Below, one piece after another: positions 1 through 10,773 of a DNA stretch of 32,302 bases. This DNA comes from a virus (lineage: Duplodnaviria; Caudoviricetes). The translations under genes and the position numbers were made by a program. Numbering within the stretch: the first letter of the stretch is position 1; each line of letters starts with the position of its first letter. Location of the stretch: positions 1 through 32,302 of IMG/VR virus record IMGVR_UViG_3300020045_016449, one strand, 5' to 3'. The notes beneath the pieces were generated by a model. The model worked only from the letters and a program-made list of their open reading frames with translations. It searched no databases and was not told where the DNA came from.

Positions 1-2
1 GA

Positions 3-1076
3 CGTTTTGTTACTAGATTTAGAACAGATAATTTATTAGAAATTAAATTTGGTTCAGGTGTTTCTTCATCACCAGATGAAGAAATTATACCAAATTCAGA
101 TAATGTAGGTTTAGGATTATTAGATAGTATATCTAAATTAAATATTGCATATGATCCTTCTAACTTTTTATATACAAGAACTTATGGTTTAGCACCATAT
201 AATACTACATTAAGCATTAGATATTTAACAGGAGGAGGCGTAACATCAAATGTTACTTCAAATGATATATCAATAATTGATAAAAGCAACTTAACATATT
301 CAAGTGGATTAAATGGAGCAATTTTAACGACTGTTTTAGATTCATTAATAGTTAATAATCCTGATCCAGCTATAGGAGGTAGAGATGGTGATTCTATAGA
401 TGAATTACGTGAAAATATTTTAGGTTCATTTGGTACTCAATTAAGAGCAGTAACAAAAGAAGACTATAGCATAAGAGCATTATCTATGCCTGCTAGATAT
501 GGTTCAATAGCTAAAATATATGTTGTTCAAAATTCTTCTTTATCATCAAATAATGTAAATGATATATTAATTGATAATAATCCTTTATCATTAAGTTTAT
601 ATATTTTAAGTTATAATTCAACAAAAAATTTAACCTTAGCATCTGCTGCTGTTAAAGAAAATTTAAAAACATATTTAAATCAATTTAGAATGTTAAATGA
701 TGCAATTAATTTAAAAGACGCATATATTGTAAATATAGGTGTAAATTTTGAAATAATTACCTTACCTGGATTTAGTAATAGAGAAGTTTTATCAGCCTGT
801 ATTAATGTATTACAAAACCATTTTGATATTAATCGTTGGCAAATAAATCAACCAATTATATTATCTGAAATTTATAATAAATTATCACAAGTAAAAGGTG
901 TTCAATCTGTACCAAAAATAGAAGTAGTAAATAAACAAGGTGGTAATTATTCTCAATATGGATATGATATTAAAGGGGCTATGAGAAATGGTGTAATTTA
1001 TCCTTCATTAGATCCATGTTGTTTTGAAATAAAGTATCCTAATTCTGATATAATTGGTAGAGTGGTGGGTTATTAA
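3..1076 (+). CDS. Baseplate wedge protein, T4 gp6/baseplate J-like (5'-truncated by the window edge)
   Basis: The frame is open from position 3 (RFVTRFRTDNLLEIKFGSG...), so the ORF-track start at 486 is internal. Contains GGRDGDSIDELR...QLRAVTKEDY...YGSIAKIYV, typical of gp6-like wedge proteins. Confidence 0.85.
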   Translation, partial: RFVTRFRTDNLLEIKFGSGVSSSPDEEIIPNSDNVGLGLLDSISKLNIAYDPSNFLYTRTYGLAPYNTTLSIRYLTGGGVTSNVTSNDISIIDKSNLTYSSGLNGAILTTVLDSLIVNNPDPAIGGRDGDSIDELRENILGSFGTQLRAVTKEDYSIRALSMPARYGSIAKIYVVQNSSLSSNNVNDILIDNNPLSLSLYILSYNSTKNLTLASAAVKENLKTYLNQFRMLNDAINLKDAYIVNIGVNFEIITLPGFSNREVLSACINVLQNHFDINRWQINQPIILSEIYNKLSQVKGVQSVPKIEVVNKQGGNYSQYGYDIKGAMRNGVIYPSLDPCCFEIKYPNSDIIGRVVGY

Positions 1077-1077
1077 T

Positions 1078-1410
1078 ATGATTAAATTAGGTAAAATATT
1101 AATTGAAATAAAAATAGTAAATAATAAAAATATTACTCCTGAAATGATTGATGATTTAAATCATTCAATAGTTAATTTAATATATTATGGAGATGAAAGA
1201 AGACAAGGAGAACAATATATTCCAGGTCATGAAGAAAAAGTTGAAAATTATAATAAAGTAAGAAGAAAATATTTTGAAATTATGAGGGAAAAAGGTTTGA
1301 TGATTTGGACTTTAGAGAATTTTCAACAACTATCACCTCAATTATTAAAAAGAATGTATTGGGATTTAAATATTTTCAAAAATAATTTTAAACAAAAATA
1401 TAATTTATGA
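1078..1410 (+). CDS. Leader + single ITPE-module protein (putative internal head protein)
   Basis: ATG at 1078, just after the upstream stop. Begins MIKLGKILIE-IKIVNNKNITPEM and ends ...LSPQLLKRMYWDL. Confidence 0.7.
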   Translation: MIKLGKILIEIKIVNNKNITPEMIDDLNHSIVNLIYYGDERRQGEQYIPGHEEKVENYNKVRRKYFEIMREKGLMIWTLENFQQLSPQLLKRMYWDLNIFKNNFKQKYNL

Positions 1411-2348
1411 GTGTAATAAAAAATTTAGGAGGATTAATAGGTAATGCAAATGTTGCTAGAACTTTAATCAAGTTTTCACAATCCGACATAACTGCTTCAA
1501 TAGCAAGGACTTCAGGTTCATTTGAAGTATATTTAAGGTTATTTTTAGCAAATGCTAATGAAATACCCACTGAATATACAATATATGCGTATCCTACTAC
1601 TTTAAATTGGGAAATGGGATTAGGCCGTTCATCAAATATTCCAGAAACAGATGAAGGTGTTACATGGACAACACGCAGTTTAGATACTTTATGGTCAACA
1701 ACAGGAAGTAATTTTTATTCAACACCTTCGGCTTCACAATCATTTGTTTATAATGATATAAAAGATTTAGAAATTAATGTTACTAATATTATTAATGCTT
1801 GGACTTCAAGTATTACAAATCAAGGATTTTTATTAAAACATTCTTCATCATTAGAGTATAATGATTCAAATAATATTAAATTATTATATTTTTCAAAGGA
1901 TACCCATACAATTTATCCCCCATGTCTTGAATTTAGATGGAATGATATAACATATACTACAGGCACGCTTGTATCTAACACAAATATTGTAGTATCTTTA
2001 ATTAATAATAAAGGAACATATAATCAAAATAGTGTACAAAAATTTAAGTTAGCTACAAGAGATAAATATCCTACTAGGACTTTCCAAACTTCTTCAGTAT
2101 ATTTGAATACAAAATTATTACCTTCTACTTCATATTGGGGAATACGTGATTTAAATACTCGTGAAATGGTAATTGATTTTGATAATAATTTCACAAAAAT
2201 TGGTTCAGATGGAACAAATAATTATTTTAATATTAATATGTCAGGATTAGAGAGACTTAGATATTATACTGTTTTAATTAAAAGTGAAATAAATGGTGAA
2301 ATTGTTATATTAGGAGATAATGATGAAAATTATTTTAAAATATCATGA
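1407..2348 (+). CDS. Virion structural protein with DNRLRE/CBM96-like beta domain
   Basis: ARTLIKF, WEMGLG...GVTW, INVTNIINAW...NQGFLLK, YFSKDTHTIYPPCLEFRW pattern. Lies in the baseplate block. Confidence 0.6.
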   Translation: MSVIKNLGGLIGNANVARTLIKFSQSDITASIARTSGSFEVYLRLFLANANEIPTEYTIYAYPTTLNWEMGLGRSSNIPETDEGVTWTTRSLDTLWSTTGSNFYSTPSASQSFVYNDIKDLEINVTNIINAWTSSITNQGFLLKHSSSLEYNDSNNIKLLYFSKDTHTIYPPCLEFRWNDITYTTGTLVSNTNIVVSLINNKGTYNQNSVQKFKLATRDKYPTRTFQTSSVYLNTKLLPSTSYWGIRDLNTREMVIDFDNNFTKIGSDGTNNYFNINMSGLERLRYYTVLIKSEINGEIVILGDNDENYFKIS

Positions 2349-3058
2349 TAGTAGGAATTTATAAAATAACGAGTCCAACTGGTAAAATTTATATTGGACA
2401 GAGTATTAATTTTATAAAACGTTTAAATAATTATAAAAATTTGCAATGTAAGGAACAAAAAAGAATTTATAATAGTTTGAAAAAATATGGATTTGATGCT
2501 CATTATTTTGAAATTATACATGAATTACCTAAAGATGTTAAACAAGAAATATTAGATCAATATGAAACACTATATTGGAAGCAGTATAAAGATCTTGGAT
2601 TTAAAATGTTAAATTTAAAAGAACCTGGTAAAGGAATTGGAAAATTATCAAAAATAACAAAAAATAGAATTGGTAGGGGAAATAAAGGAAAATTAAAATT
2701 AAAACCTGAAGGGTTTGGAGAAAAGGTAAGTAAAAGACTAAAAGGTAATAAATATGGGTGTGTTAAAAATAAACATAGTAAAGAATTTTTAGAAAATTTA
2801 AATAAAAGGTTGAAAGGTAATAAATATTTACTTGGACATAATATGACTAAAGAATCAAAAATAAAAATGTCTAAATCTAAAGATAGTGTTAAAAAAAGAA
2901 TATATTGTCCTGAATTAAATATAAATTTTGATAGTATTAGTGATGCTGCTAGAAAATTAAATATTAAAATAATGGATATTTCATATATTATTAATGGATA
3001 TAGTAAGTCTGGTAAAACTAGAAAAGGATTAAGTTTTAAATTAATTAATGATGTCTAA
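2345..3058 (+). CDS. GIY-YIG homing endonuclease (Seg-like) with NUMOD-type C-terminal DNA-binding repeats
   Basis: GIYKITSPTGKIYIGQS, a basic repeat region, and C-terminal FDSISDAARKLNI helix-turn-helix. Confidence 0.9.
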   Translation: MIVGIYKITSPTGKIYIGQSINFIKRLNNYKNLQCKEQKRIYNSLKKYGFDAHYFEIIHELPKDVKQEILDQYETLYWKQYKDLGFKMLNLKEPGKGIGKLSKITKNRIGRGNKGKLKLKPEGFGEKVSKRLKGNKYGCVKNKHSKEFLENLNKRLKGNKYLLGHNMTKESKIKMSKSKDSVKKRIYCPELNINFDSISDAARKLNIKIMDISYIINGYSKSGKTRKGLSFKLINDV

Positions 3059-3407
3059 AGAAGAAATTAAAATACAAAAAAAAGTTTATGAACGTAATAG
3101 CGTTAGTAATGTTATTTCAAGAGAATTTAATCAACTAATACAAAAGGAACAAGAAGTTGAAATTCAACCAATTCCAACTATAGAAGATTTTTTTGCATTA
3201 TATGATGAATTATTTTTTGAAATACCTAAAGAAGGAGAAAAATCACATCAAGAATTAATAACTAGAAGTTCTGAATATTTAGGAATAAAGAATGAAAATT
3301 CAATAGATGTTCAACTTCTACAAGAAGAAATTACTTTACTAAGACAACAATTATTGGAATCTAATCAAGCATTAGAAAATATTAAAATAAGTGGAGCCAA
3401 AATTTAA
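3048..3407 (+). CDS. Hypothetical protein with C-terminal coiled coil
   Basis: 119-aa ORF overlapping both neighbours, with heptad-like LLQEEITLLRQQLLE. Confidence 0.7.
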   Translation: MMSKEEIKIQKKVYERNSVSNVISREFNQLIQKEQEVEIQPIPTIEDFFALYDELFFEIPKEGEKSHQELITRSSEYLGIKNENSIDVQLLQEEITLLRQQLLESNQALENIKISGAKI

Positions 3408-3943
3408 TGATTAAATTAATATCCATATTAAATGAAATAAAAGTAATACCAGGAATAAAATTTCCAAGAAATAAAAAATGGGTCTATAAATTTAAAAATG
3501 AAGAATCAAAATTAAGTATAATAGAATTACTTAAATTTTTAAATTTTAAAGCAAATTGGTGGAATAATTCTGATATTATAAAACAAACAAATTTTATATA
3601 TAATAATGATGATAATTATATTAAATACGGAGAAGATAAAAATGTAGCTATTCATTATGTTATAACGGCATATTATAAAGCATTAAATTTTAAAATAGAA
3701 GATTCAAAAATAATTGATGAAATTAAAGTAGTAAATTCTTTTTCTCCTGAATTTATAGATAAATATTGGGATGAAGTAGATAAATTATTTATAAATAATC
3801 AAGAATACGACAATATTTTAAAAAAATCTGGATGGTATGAAAGTGGACATGATAAATCTTTAGATTGGTTAAAATCAATTAATAAAGAAGCTCGATTAAA
3901 TTTTTATAAAGAATTAAAAAAATTAGATGCAAATAATATCTAA
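3407..3943 (+). CDS. Leader + two-module protein (putative internal head polyprotein)
   Basis: MIKLISILNE-IKVIP..., internal IIDE-IKVV (E codon 3719), and C-terminal RLNFYKELKKL. Confidence 0.7.
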   Translation: MIKLISILNEIKVIPGIKFPRNKKWVYKFKNEESKLSIIELLKFLNFKANWWNNSDIIKQTNFIYNNDDNYIKYGEDKNVAIHYVITAYYKALNFKIEDSKIIDEIKVVNSFSPEFIDKYWDEVDKLFINNQEYDNILKKSGWYESGHDKSLDWLKSINKEARLNFYKELKKLDANNI

Positions 3944-6900
3944 AATATCAACGTCTGAAAGTATAAATCGTTACCAACCAGGCGATGAAAAACTATTTAT
4001 TTCTAAAACTATTCAACGTAGTTTTGGTACAATAGAGGACTATGTAGAATATCATGTTTATGATATTAATGCAAACTTACTTGCATCAAATTATGATTTT
4101 AAAGCATATAAACCTTCAACATTAGATAAAATTAATAGTGATGGTACTTTAAAAACAATTGAATTAGATCCAGGTCAGGATTTAATTAATCAAGGTTATA
4201 GGGAAGGTGATTTATCAATACAATATAATTTTTTTAGAAAAAAAATATTTAATGAAATTGGCCCAAATTTTTTCATAAAAGAAATTTCCCCAGATAAAAC
4301 TGAAATAAGAGTAGCTTCTAATATAATTAATAATGATGATTTAGAAAAACAAATTAATTTATTAATTAATGAAATAAGCAATACTCAATATTATAAAGAT
4401 TACATATTAAATTTTGGTGAAAATAAATGTATAGTAGCAATAAATGTAGCTTTAGATAAAAATGATAATCATTATACTGTTTTATTTAAATTATATGAAC
4501 CTTTACCTCAAAATATTAATATAAAAGATACATTTTGGGTAGTAGATGAAATAATTCAATCTCCAATATATAATGTAGATTTATTTAATTATATTCAAAA
4601 TGTTTTATTACCTACTTTAAGACCAGCTAATTTTGATATTAATATAGATAATACTGAAAATTCATCTTTAAACTATAATTCATATAATGATTTATTAACT
4701 ACTTCATCTTTTTCATCTTCATATAATCAAGTATTAAATATATTAAATCAAAAAGGAATTAATATTAATGTTGATTATAGCGAATATACTAATTTTATTA
4801 ATTTTTCATCAGTTACAGAACGTTTAGAAAATTTTAAATATAAATTACAATTAATAGAAACATATAATTCTCAATCATATGTTTTAGATAATATTTTAAC
4901 TTCTAGTAATTATGTAACTCAAAATAAAGAAGTATTAAGAAATAAAATAGATGGAATTATATCTAAATTTGATGGATATGAATATTTTTTATATTTTGAA
5001 TCAGGTTCAAAAACATGGCCTAAAAATACTTCAAGTAAACCTTGGATAAACATACCTACAACTTCATCTTATGCTATAACATGGTTTGATACTGAATTAA
5101 CAAGTGCTTCCTATTATGACCAAGAAAATATAAATAATTTAGAATATACTGTACCTGAATTTATTAGAGAAGATGAACAAAATACTTCTTATTTATTATT
5201 TTTAAATATGATAGGTCAACATTTTGATAATATTTGGATTTTTATAAATAGTATTACAGATATTAATAAAGGTGATTCTAAATTAACAGAAGGTATTTCT
5301 AAAGATTTAATAGTAGATGTTTTAAAATCTTTAGGTGTAAAATTATATTCTAGTAATTCAAATATAAATTTATTTGAATATTTAATAGGTTCAAATTCAA
5401 GAGGAACATATACATATGTTTATGGTGAACCTACAGGTTCATATTTTACTAATGTTATAACAGCTTCAAATGAAACTTTACCTAAAGAAGATATAAATAA
5501 AGAAGTATTAAAAAGAATATATCATAATTTACCATTATTATTAAAATCTAAAGGTACTGTTAGAGGTTTAAGAACATTAATTAATTGTTATGGAATACCT
5601 GACACTATACTTCGTATAAATGAATTTGGAGGTTCAGATAAAACAATTACAACTCCTGAAACAATATTTAATAGATATTTTTATTCAACATATTTAACTG
5701 GTTCTGGAAAAATTCAAATTCCTTGGGATAATTTGAAATCATCAAATTCTAAACCATTATCAACAGAATTTAGATTTAAGCCTTTTACAAGTAGTTTATA
5801 TCCAACCCAATCTTTATTTTCTTTTAATAATGTTAAATTTGAAATATATCCAAGTACTGGTAGTCATGGAACATTAACATATAAATTAAATAATGTTTTA
5901 ACCACAAGTATATCCTTACCATTTTATAATGGAGATTGGTGGAATTTTATGTTATTTAGAAATAATACTACTTATTCAATTTATTTAAGAACCAAAGATA
6001 GAAATGCTATAAATTTTAATGAACAAATAAGTTGGACTAATTCAAATCCAGGTTTTTATACTGGTAGTAGTACAGCTAGTTTTGGTGGTTCAGGTTCAAT
6101 ACATTATAGTGAAATTAGATATTGGAGTGAAATTTTATCTTCAAATATTTTTAATAAACATGTGTTAAATCCTGAATCATATGAAGGAAATAATATAACT
6201 TCTTCATATTATACTTTAGCTTTTAGAGCACCTTTAGGAAATAATTTAATAACAAATTCATTTGTATCAATCCATCCTAATCAAAATATTGTTTCTTTTG
6301 CAACAAGTAGTACATACATACTTATAACATCTGCTAGTTATATACCTAATGAAGAAGTATATTATTTAAATAGTCCAGGTGATTCATTTGTAAGAACAAA
6401 TGATAAATTTAGAATTCAAAATAATTCAATATATGGGGTTACTTCATCTGTTGATTTAACCTTACCTCAAATTTTATCTCCATATGTTAGATTGGAACAA
6501 TTAAGTGGTTCTAATATTTCTTCAGATTTACATTTTGTGGAAGTTGGTTTTGCTCCAACAAATGAAATAAATAATGATATTATAAATGAATTAGGTGGAT
6601 TTAATTTAGATAATTATATAGGTGATCCTGCTGAATTATATAGTGGAAGTTATGAATCTTTAGAAACTTTAAAGAAATTTTATTTTCAAAAATACTTACG
6701 TTCATATAACTATAGTGATTATATTAGATTAATTAAATTTTTTGATAATTCTTTATTTAGATTTATTAAAGATTTTATCCCTTCTCGTTCTAATTTATTA
6801 ACAGGAATAACAATAGAATCTAATATTTTAGAAAAAAATAAAATAAAACATTCTTTACCTAAATTTGAAGAAGTTGAAGTAGAAGATATTGATATACAAG

Positions 6901-9023
6901 GACCTACAATTTCAAATGATAATAGTTATTTATATGATAAATTACCTGGAGATAAAAAACCATTTTACACAGGTGAATTAAGTGGTTCTATATTAAATAT
7001 AAATAATTATTTTTCTCTAAATCCTTATAAATCAAAAACTGTTTTAGCTGAAGGAGATACATATGATTATTATGTTAATATTTTTGATAGAAATGATTTT
7101 TTACATTCAGATTGGAATGTATTATTAAATAATGTAACTGGAAGTAGAATGTCTTTTATTAAAAGAAAATTAGATTTATATCCTTCTATAATAGAATATA
7201 AGGCAGAATTACAAGATTCTTATGATGATTTATTATCACATGAAAGACCAAGACATTCAGGAGTTAAAGTATATTCTACTTTATATAATACATATACTGA
7301 AGGAGATAAATCATTTGGTAAAAATGCTGTAATAGATAAGTATGTAAAAAAAGTAGGATTATTTGCTGAAACTGTTACTAGTTCATTTTTTAATAGATAT
7401 TCAAATATTCATTTAAAATATTTAATAGATGAAAGTGGAAGTTTAACTGAATTAAATATTAAAAATAGAAATTGGTGTGAAATTCAAAATACATTTTTAA
7501 ATGGTGATAATCTTTGGATATCATTATTTAATAATCAAAAATTATCTAATCAAAAAAGAACAGATGGAAGAAAAGGAATATTTGAAAGTGGATATTCATA
7601 TTATCCTTTATTTTATCATATATCAGGATCAGGAGAAGAGGCAGTGTTTGAATATACAGAGTTATCAGGTTCAAATTTATTTAAAGTATTAATAGCAAGC
7701 GGTACAATTGAACCAAAAATAAATTCTTCATATCCAAATATATTTAATACAGGTAGTTATACATCTTCTGTTAGTTATGGAGGTAAAGGAAAAATAATTC
7801 CTACAATTTTTAATTTTACTGGTCAATCTGGGGAATATAATGATGGAGGATATTATAATAATGGTGTTCAACCAACTCCTTCAACTGCATCTTATTATAT
7901 TATTCCAAGAGATGGAGTATATTCATTTACATGGGATTTTACATTAAAATTAACTTTGGATTCCGCTCCTTCTTTACCTACATCTTCATTATATGAAATA
8001 AGAATTACTGATACTTCGGGAAGTGTAATAGGTTCAGAAATTTTTGATACTACAGGTTTTACATCTACTGCTATAGGAGCTAATAAATTATATGTAGATA
8101 CTAATCATCCAATTTTTCATAAAAATTTAGAACAAGCAGGAGTTGTTACTTTAACTGGTACTACTCAGGAATATACTATGAATGTATTAACAAATACATT
8201 TAATACCAATTTAGTATTAGATAAATATAGTGTTGGAAGAAGATGGTATTCAAATCATTATACAGCATATTATGTACATGATTGGGGTCCAGATTCAACA
8301 AGATATATAGGATATGAAGATAATTCAGGTGGAGGATTTTCTTATCAATATAATTTTAATGGAACAGCCATTACTAGTATGACTAGTGGTAGTATTATAA
8401 AATTTGAATTTTTTGTTTCAGGGTCACAAGATTATACTTCTTCAATATTACCTGGAGGGTATTTAAGAGCAGATCCAGGTTCAGGTGGAACTCCTAATAT
8501 AACTGATCCTTTTCTAGAATTTAATACAACTGATAATTATATTGATATAGTAGGAGAATTAGCAGGATTTATTAATAATGAATTATATATTTTTAATCCA
8601 AATCCTTCAGGGTCAGTATCTAATTTACATTATAAATATGGAGATATTGATTATTCATTTGTTTTATCATTATATGATAGAATAGTATTAAGTAATAATA
8701 ATGGAACATCATATTATAATTTTTCAATTATTTCTATGTCTGCTATATCTTCTACTAGATTTAGAATATATGTTTCTCCTTCATTACCTAGTAATATAGG
8801 ACAAGATTTATATGAAATTTTATTTTTAAAAAGAGTAAATGATGAAACTAATATAATTATTAAATTTTTGAAACCACCAGGTAAAACATCATATGGAATT
8901 GTTATACCAAACAATTTACATCCTGATGTATTAAAAAATATAGATTTTATTACTAAAGAAGCAAAACTAAAATTAATTGATGATGGAATTAATGTTATTG
9001 ATATAGATGGGGGAACTTTTTAA
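3927..9023 (+). CDS. Large baseplate/tail structural protein (1698 aa)
   Basis: VPEFIRED...FLNMIGQHFD, and LLKSKGTVRGLRTLINCYGI (gp7/P2 gpI-like wedge motif). Has a LamG-like segment (NGDWWNFML...EIRYW) and a Ser/Thr/Gly-rich C-terminal half. Confidence 0.7.
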   Translation: MQIISKISTSESINRYQPGDEKLFISKTIQRSFGTIEDYVEYHVYDINANLLASNYDFKAYKPSTLDKINSDGTLKTIELDPGQDLINQGYREGDLSIQYNFFRKKIFNEIGPNFFIKEISPDKTEIRVASNIINNDDLEKQINLLINEISNTQYYKDYILNFGENKCIVAINVALDKNDNHYTVLFKLYEPLPQNINIKDTFWVVDEIIQSPIYNVDLFNYIQNVLLPTLRPANFDINIDNTENSSLNYNSYNDLLTTSSFSSSYNQVLNILNQKGININVDYSEYTNFINFSSVTERLENFKYKLQLIETYNSQSYVLDNILTSSNYVTQNKEVLRNKIDGIISKFDGYEYFLYFESGSKTWPKNTSSKPWINIPTTSSYAITWFDTELTSASYYDQENINNLEYTVPEFIREDEQNTSYLLFLNMIGQHFDNIWIFINSITDINKGDSKLTEGISKDLIVDVLKSLGVKLYSSNSNINLFEYLIGSNSRGTYTYVYGEPTGSYFTNVITASNETLPKEDINKEVLKRIYHNLPLLLKSKGTVRGLRTLINCYGIPDTILRINEFGGSDKTITTPETIFNRYFYSTYLTGSGKIQIPWDNLKSSNSKPLSTEFRFKPFTSSLYPTQSLFSFNNVKFEIYPSTGSHGTLTYKLNNVLTTSISLPFYNGDWWNFMLFRNNTTYSIYLRTKDRNAINFNEQISWTNSNPGFYTGSSTASFGGSGSIHYSEIRYWSEILSSNIFNKHVLNPESYEGNNITSSYYTLAFRAPLGNNLITNSFVSIHPNQNIVSFATSSTYILITSASYIPNEEVYYLNSPGDSFVRTNDKFRIQNNSIYGVTSSVDLTLPQILSPYVRLEQLSGSNISSDLHFVEVGFAPTNEINNDIINELGGFNLDNYIGDPAELYSGSYESLETLKKFYFQKYLRSYNYSDYIRLIKFFDNSLFRFIKDFIPSRSNLLTGITIESNILEKNKIKHSLPKFEEVEVEDIDIQGPTISNDNSYLYDKLPGDKKPFYTGELSGSILNINNYFSLNPYKSKTVLAEGDTYDYYVNIFDRNDFLHSDWNVLLNNVTGSRMSFIKRKLDLYPSIIEYKAELQDSYDDLLSHERPRHSGVKVYSTLYNTYTEGDKSFGKNAVIDKYVKKVGLFAETVTSSFFNRYSNIHLKYLIDESGSLTELNIKNRNWCEIQNTFLNGDNLWISLFNNQKLSNQKRTDGRKGIFESGYSYYPLFYHISGSGEEAVFEYTELSGSNLFKVLIASGTIEPKINSSYPNIFNTGSYTSSVSYGGKGKIIPTIFNFTGQSGEYNDGGYYNNGVQPTPSTASYYIIPRDGVYSFTWDFTLKLTLDSAPSLPTSSLYEIRITDTSGSVIGSEIFDTTGFTSTAIGANKLYVDTNHPIFHKNLEQAGVVTLTGTTQEYTMNVLTNTFNTNLVLDKYSVGRRWYSNHYTAYYVHDWGPDSTRYIGYEDNSGGGFSYQYNFNGTAITSMTSGSIIKFEFFVSGSQDYTSSILPGGYLRADPGSGGTPNITDPFLEFNTTDNYIDIVGELAGFINNELYIFNPNPSGSVSNLHYKYGDIDYSFVLSLYDRIVLSNNNGTSYYNFSIISMSAISSTRFRIYVSPSLPSNIGQDLYEILFLKRVNDETNIIIKFLKPPGKTSYGIVIPNNLHPDVLKNIDFITKEAKLKLIDDGINVIDIDGGTF

Positions 9024-9030
9024 TTTTAAT

Positions 9031-9064
9031 ATATTTATAATAAGCGAATTTTTATAATATTTAT
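9031..9064 (+). promoter_or_regulatory. Two ATATTTAT motifs (9031-9038, 9057-9064), candidate late promoter
   Basis: The same octamer recurs in most intergenic gaps of the window, 4-25 nt before a start codon. Confidence 0.6.
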
Positions 9065-9089
9065 AACAAATAAAAATAATTTTAATTTA

Positions 9090-9746
9090 ATGGGAATTCT
9101 TAATAACAATTTTGTAACAATTGATGCAATATTGACACGTAAAGGTCGTGAGCTTTTAGCTCGTAATGATGGTTCATTTCGTATCACACAATTTTCATTA
9201 GCTGATGATGAAATAGATTATACATTATATAATCCAACCCATCCAAGTGGATCAGCTTTTTATGGTGAAGCCATTGAAGCAACTTCAATAATTGAAGCTT
9301 TTCCAGATGAATCTCAAATAATGAGATATAAATTAGTAACTTTACCTAGAGGTACTTCTAAATTACCTGTAATATCTTTAGGATATTCATCAATAATTTT
9401 AAAACAAGGAGCATCATTAACTATTACTCCTCAAACTTTAAATTATTTAAATAGTACTAATACATATGAAGCCTCAGGATATAGTGTTACAGTAGCAGAT
9501 ATTAGATTATTATCTAATTTTGTAGGAGCAGGTATTAATACAACAGATTTAAATCCAACAGATTTAAATACAACAAGTGGTACTAAATTATCTAAATCTG
9601 AAATAGGTACTTCATTTACTTTAACAGGAACAACTATTGATACATTATTTGGTACATCATTAACAGAATTAAATACTACTATAACAGTAATTGGACGTGA
9701 TAGTGGTGCGAGAATTACGATACCCCTTATAATTAAGAAAGTATAA
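9090..9746 (+). CDS. Virion structural protein (baseplate/tail-collar-like)
   Basis: DAILTRKGRELLA...ITQFSLADDEIDY resembles tail-collar/baseplate N-termini. Structural context. Confidence 0.6.
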   Translation: MGILNNNFVTIDAILTRKGRELLARNDGSFRITQFSLADDEIDYTLYNPTHPSGSAFYGEAIEATSIIEAFPDESQIMRYKLVTLPRGTSKLPVISLGYSSIILKQGASLTITPQTLNYLNSTNTYEASGYSVTVADIRLLSNFVGAGINTTDLNPTDLNTTSGTKLSKSEIGTSFTLTGTTIDTLFGTSLTELNTTITVIGRDSGARITIPLIIKKV

Positions 9747-9789
9747 TGTATAAGTTAAAAAATTTAAACAAGAAAACAATTTATAAAAA

Positions 9790-10767
9790 ATGAGCTTTGT
9801 AAGATATAATACAGAAGATTCCGTAGTTTCCTCAGAAACAGTAGTTAGAGGATTATGGAGTGGAGACTTAAATGAAATAACTACTTTTTTTACCGGTTCA
9901 ACAAATACTGGTTCATATGTAGATGTTTATAAAGATGATCCTAATGTAAATACATCTGCTTCAGTACAATTTTCAATTCAATATGGTCATGTTTCGGGTT
10001 CAGGTTCAACAGCTTTTAATAGTGGAGTAGCTTATAATACACCTACACGTGTAGTTTATGGACAATATAGAAATTTGATTTATGGTTCTGAGGACAATGT
10101 TTTTACTTTTGGTAGTATAGTTTCTGAAAATATTTTTGTTATAAATGTTAATAGAGCACGTTATAAAGAAAGCCTTAAACCAGGTTCATTTAATATTAAA
10201 TTAACTTCAGGTTCTAATTCATTAGTATTAACAGATAATAGTAATGATGTTACTACTACAAGTTTTATAGACTCAAATAGATATTATACTATTGTTTCAG
10301 GTTCTAATGGTAACGCAACAGCAGCAGCAATCTCTAATCCTTCAGGTTCATATGGATTATATTTTCCAGATATGGGTATTATAGTATTTAATTCAAGAGC
10401 TTTACAACAAAGTGCAGTAAATGGAGGTTTAGGTTTAATAACTGGTTCAGCTAATAATGCAATGTTATTTACAACAATTATTAAAACAGGAGCAACTTTT
10501 AAATTACAATCACAAGAAACAATTTCTTCAAGATTTTTCTTTACACGTGTAAAAAATGGAGAGTTTAATTATACTACTAATCCATCTGTAATAGATAGCC
10601 AAGGAAATTTATTATATACTACTTTAGTTGATAATCCTCAAACATATATTACAACTGTTGGTTTATACAATGATAATAATGAATTATTAGCAGTAGCTAA
10701 ATTATCAAGACCATTAGTAAAAGACTTTGTAAAAGAAACTTTATTAAGAGTAAAACTAGAATATTAA
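9790..10767 (+). CDS. Virion tail/baseplate structural protein
   Basis: C-terminal YITTVGLYNDNNELLAVAKLSRP motif (tail-collar-fibre-like). SGS/TGS rich. Confidence 0.65.
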   Translation: MSFVRYNTEDSVVSSETVVRGLWSGDLNEITTFFTGSTNTGSYVDVYKDDPNVNTSASVQFSIQYGHVSGSGSTAFNSGVAYNTPTRVVYGQYRNLIYGSEDNVFTFGSIVSENIFVINVNRARYKESLKPGSFNIKLTSGSNSLVLTDNSNDVTTTSFIDSNRYYTIVSGSNGNATAAAISNPSGSYGLYFPDMGIIVFNSRALQQSAVNGGLGLITGSANNAMLFTTIIKTGATFKLQSQETISSRFFFTRVKNGEFNYTTNPSVIDSQGNLLYTTLVDNPQTYITTVGLYNDNNELLAVAKLSRPLVKDFVKETLLRVKLEY

Positions 10768-10773
10768 TGAATA

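Noticed and set aside
3060-3077. EEIKIQ near the start of ORF 3048 as a junction motif
   Set aside because: No hydrophobic residue at the -2 position (K-E-E) and no module follows; likely chance.
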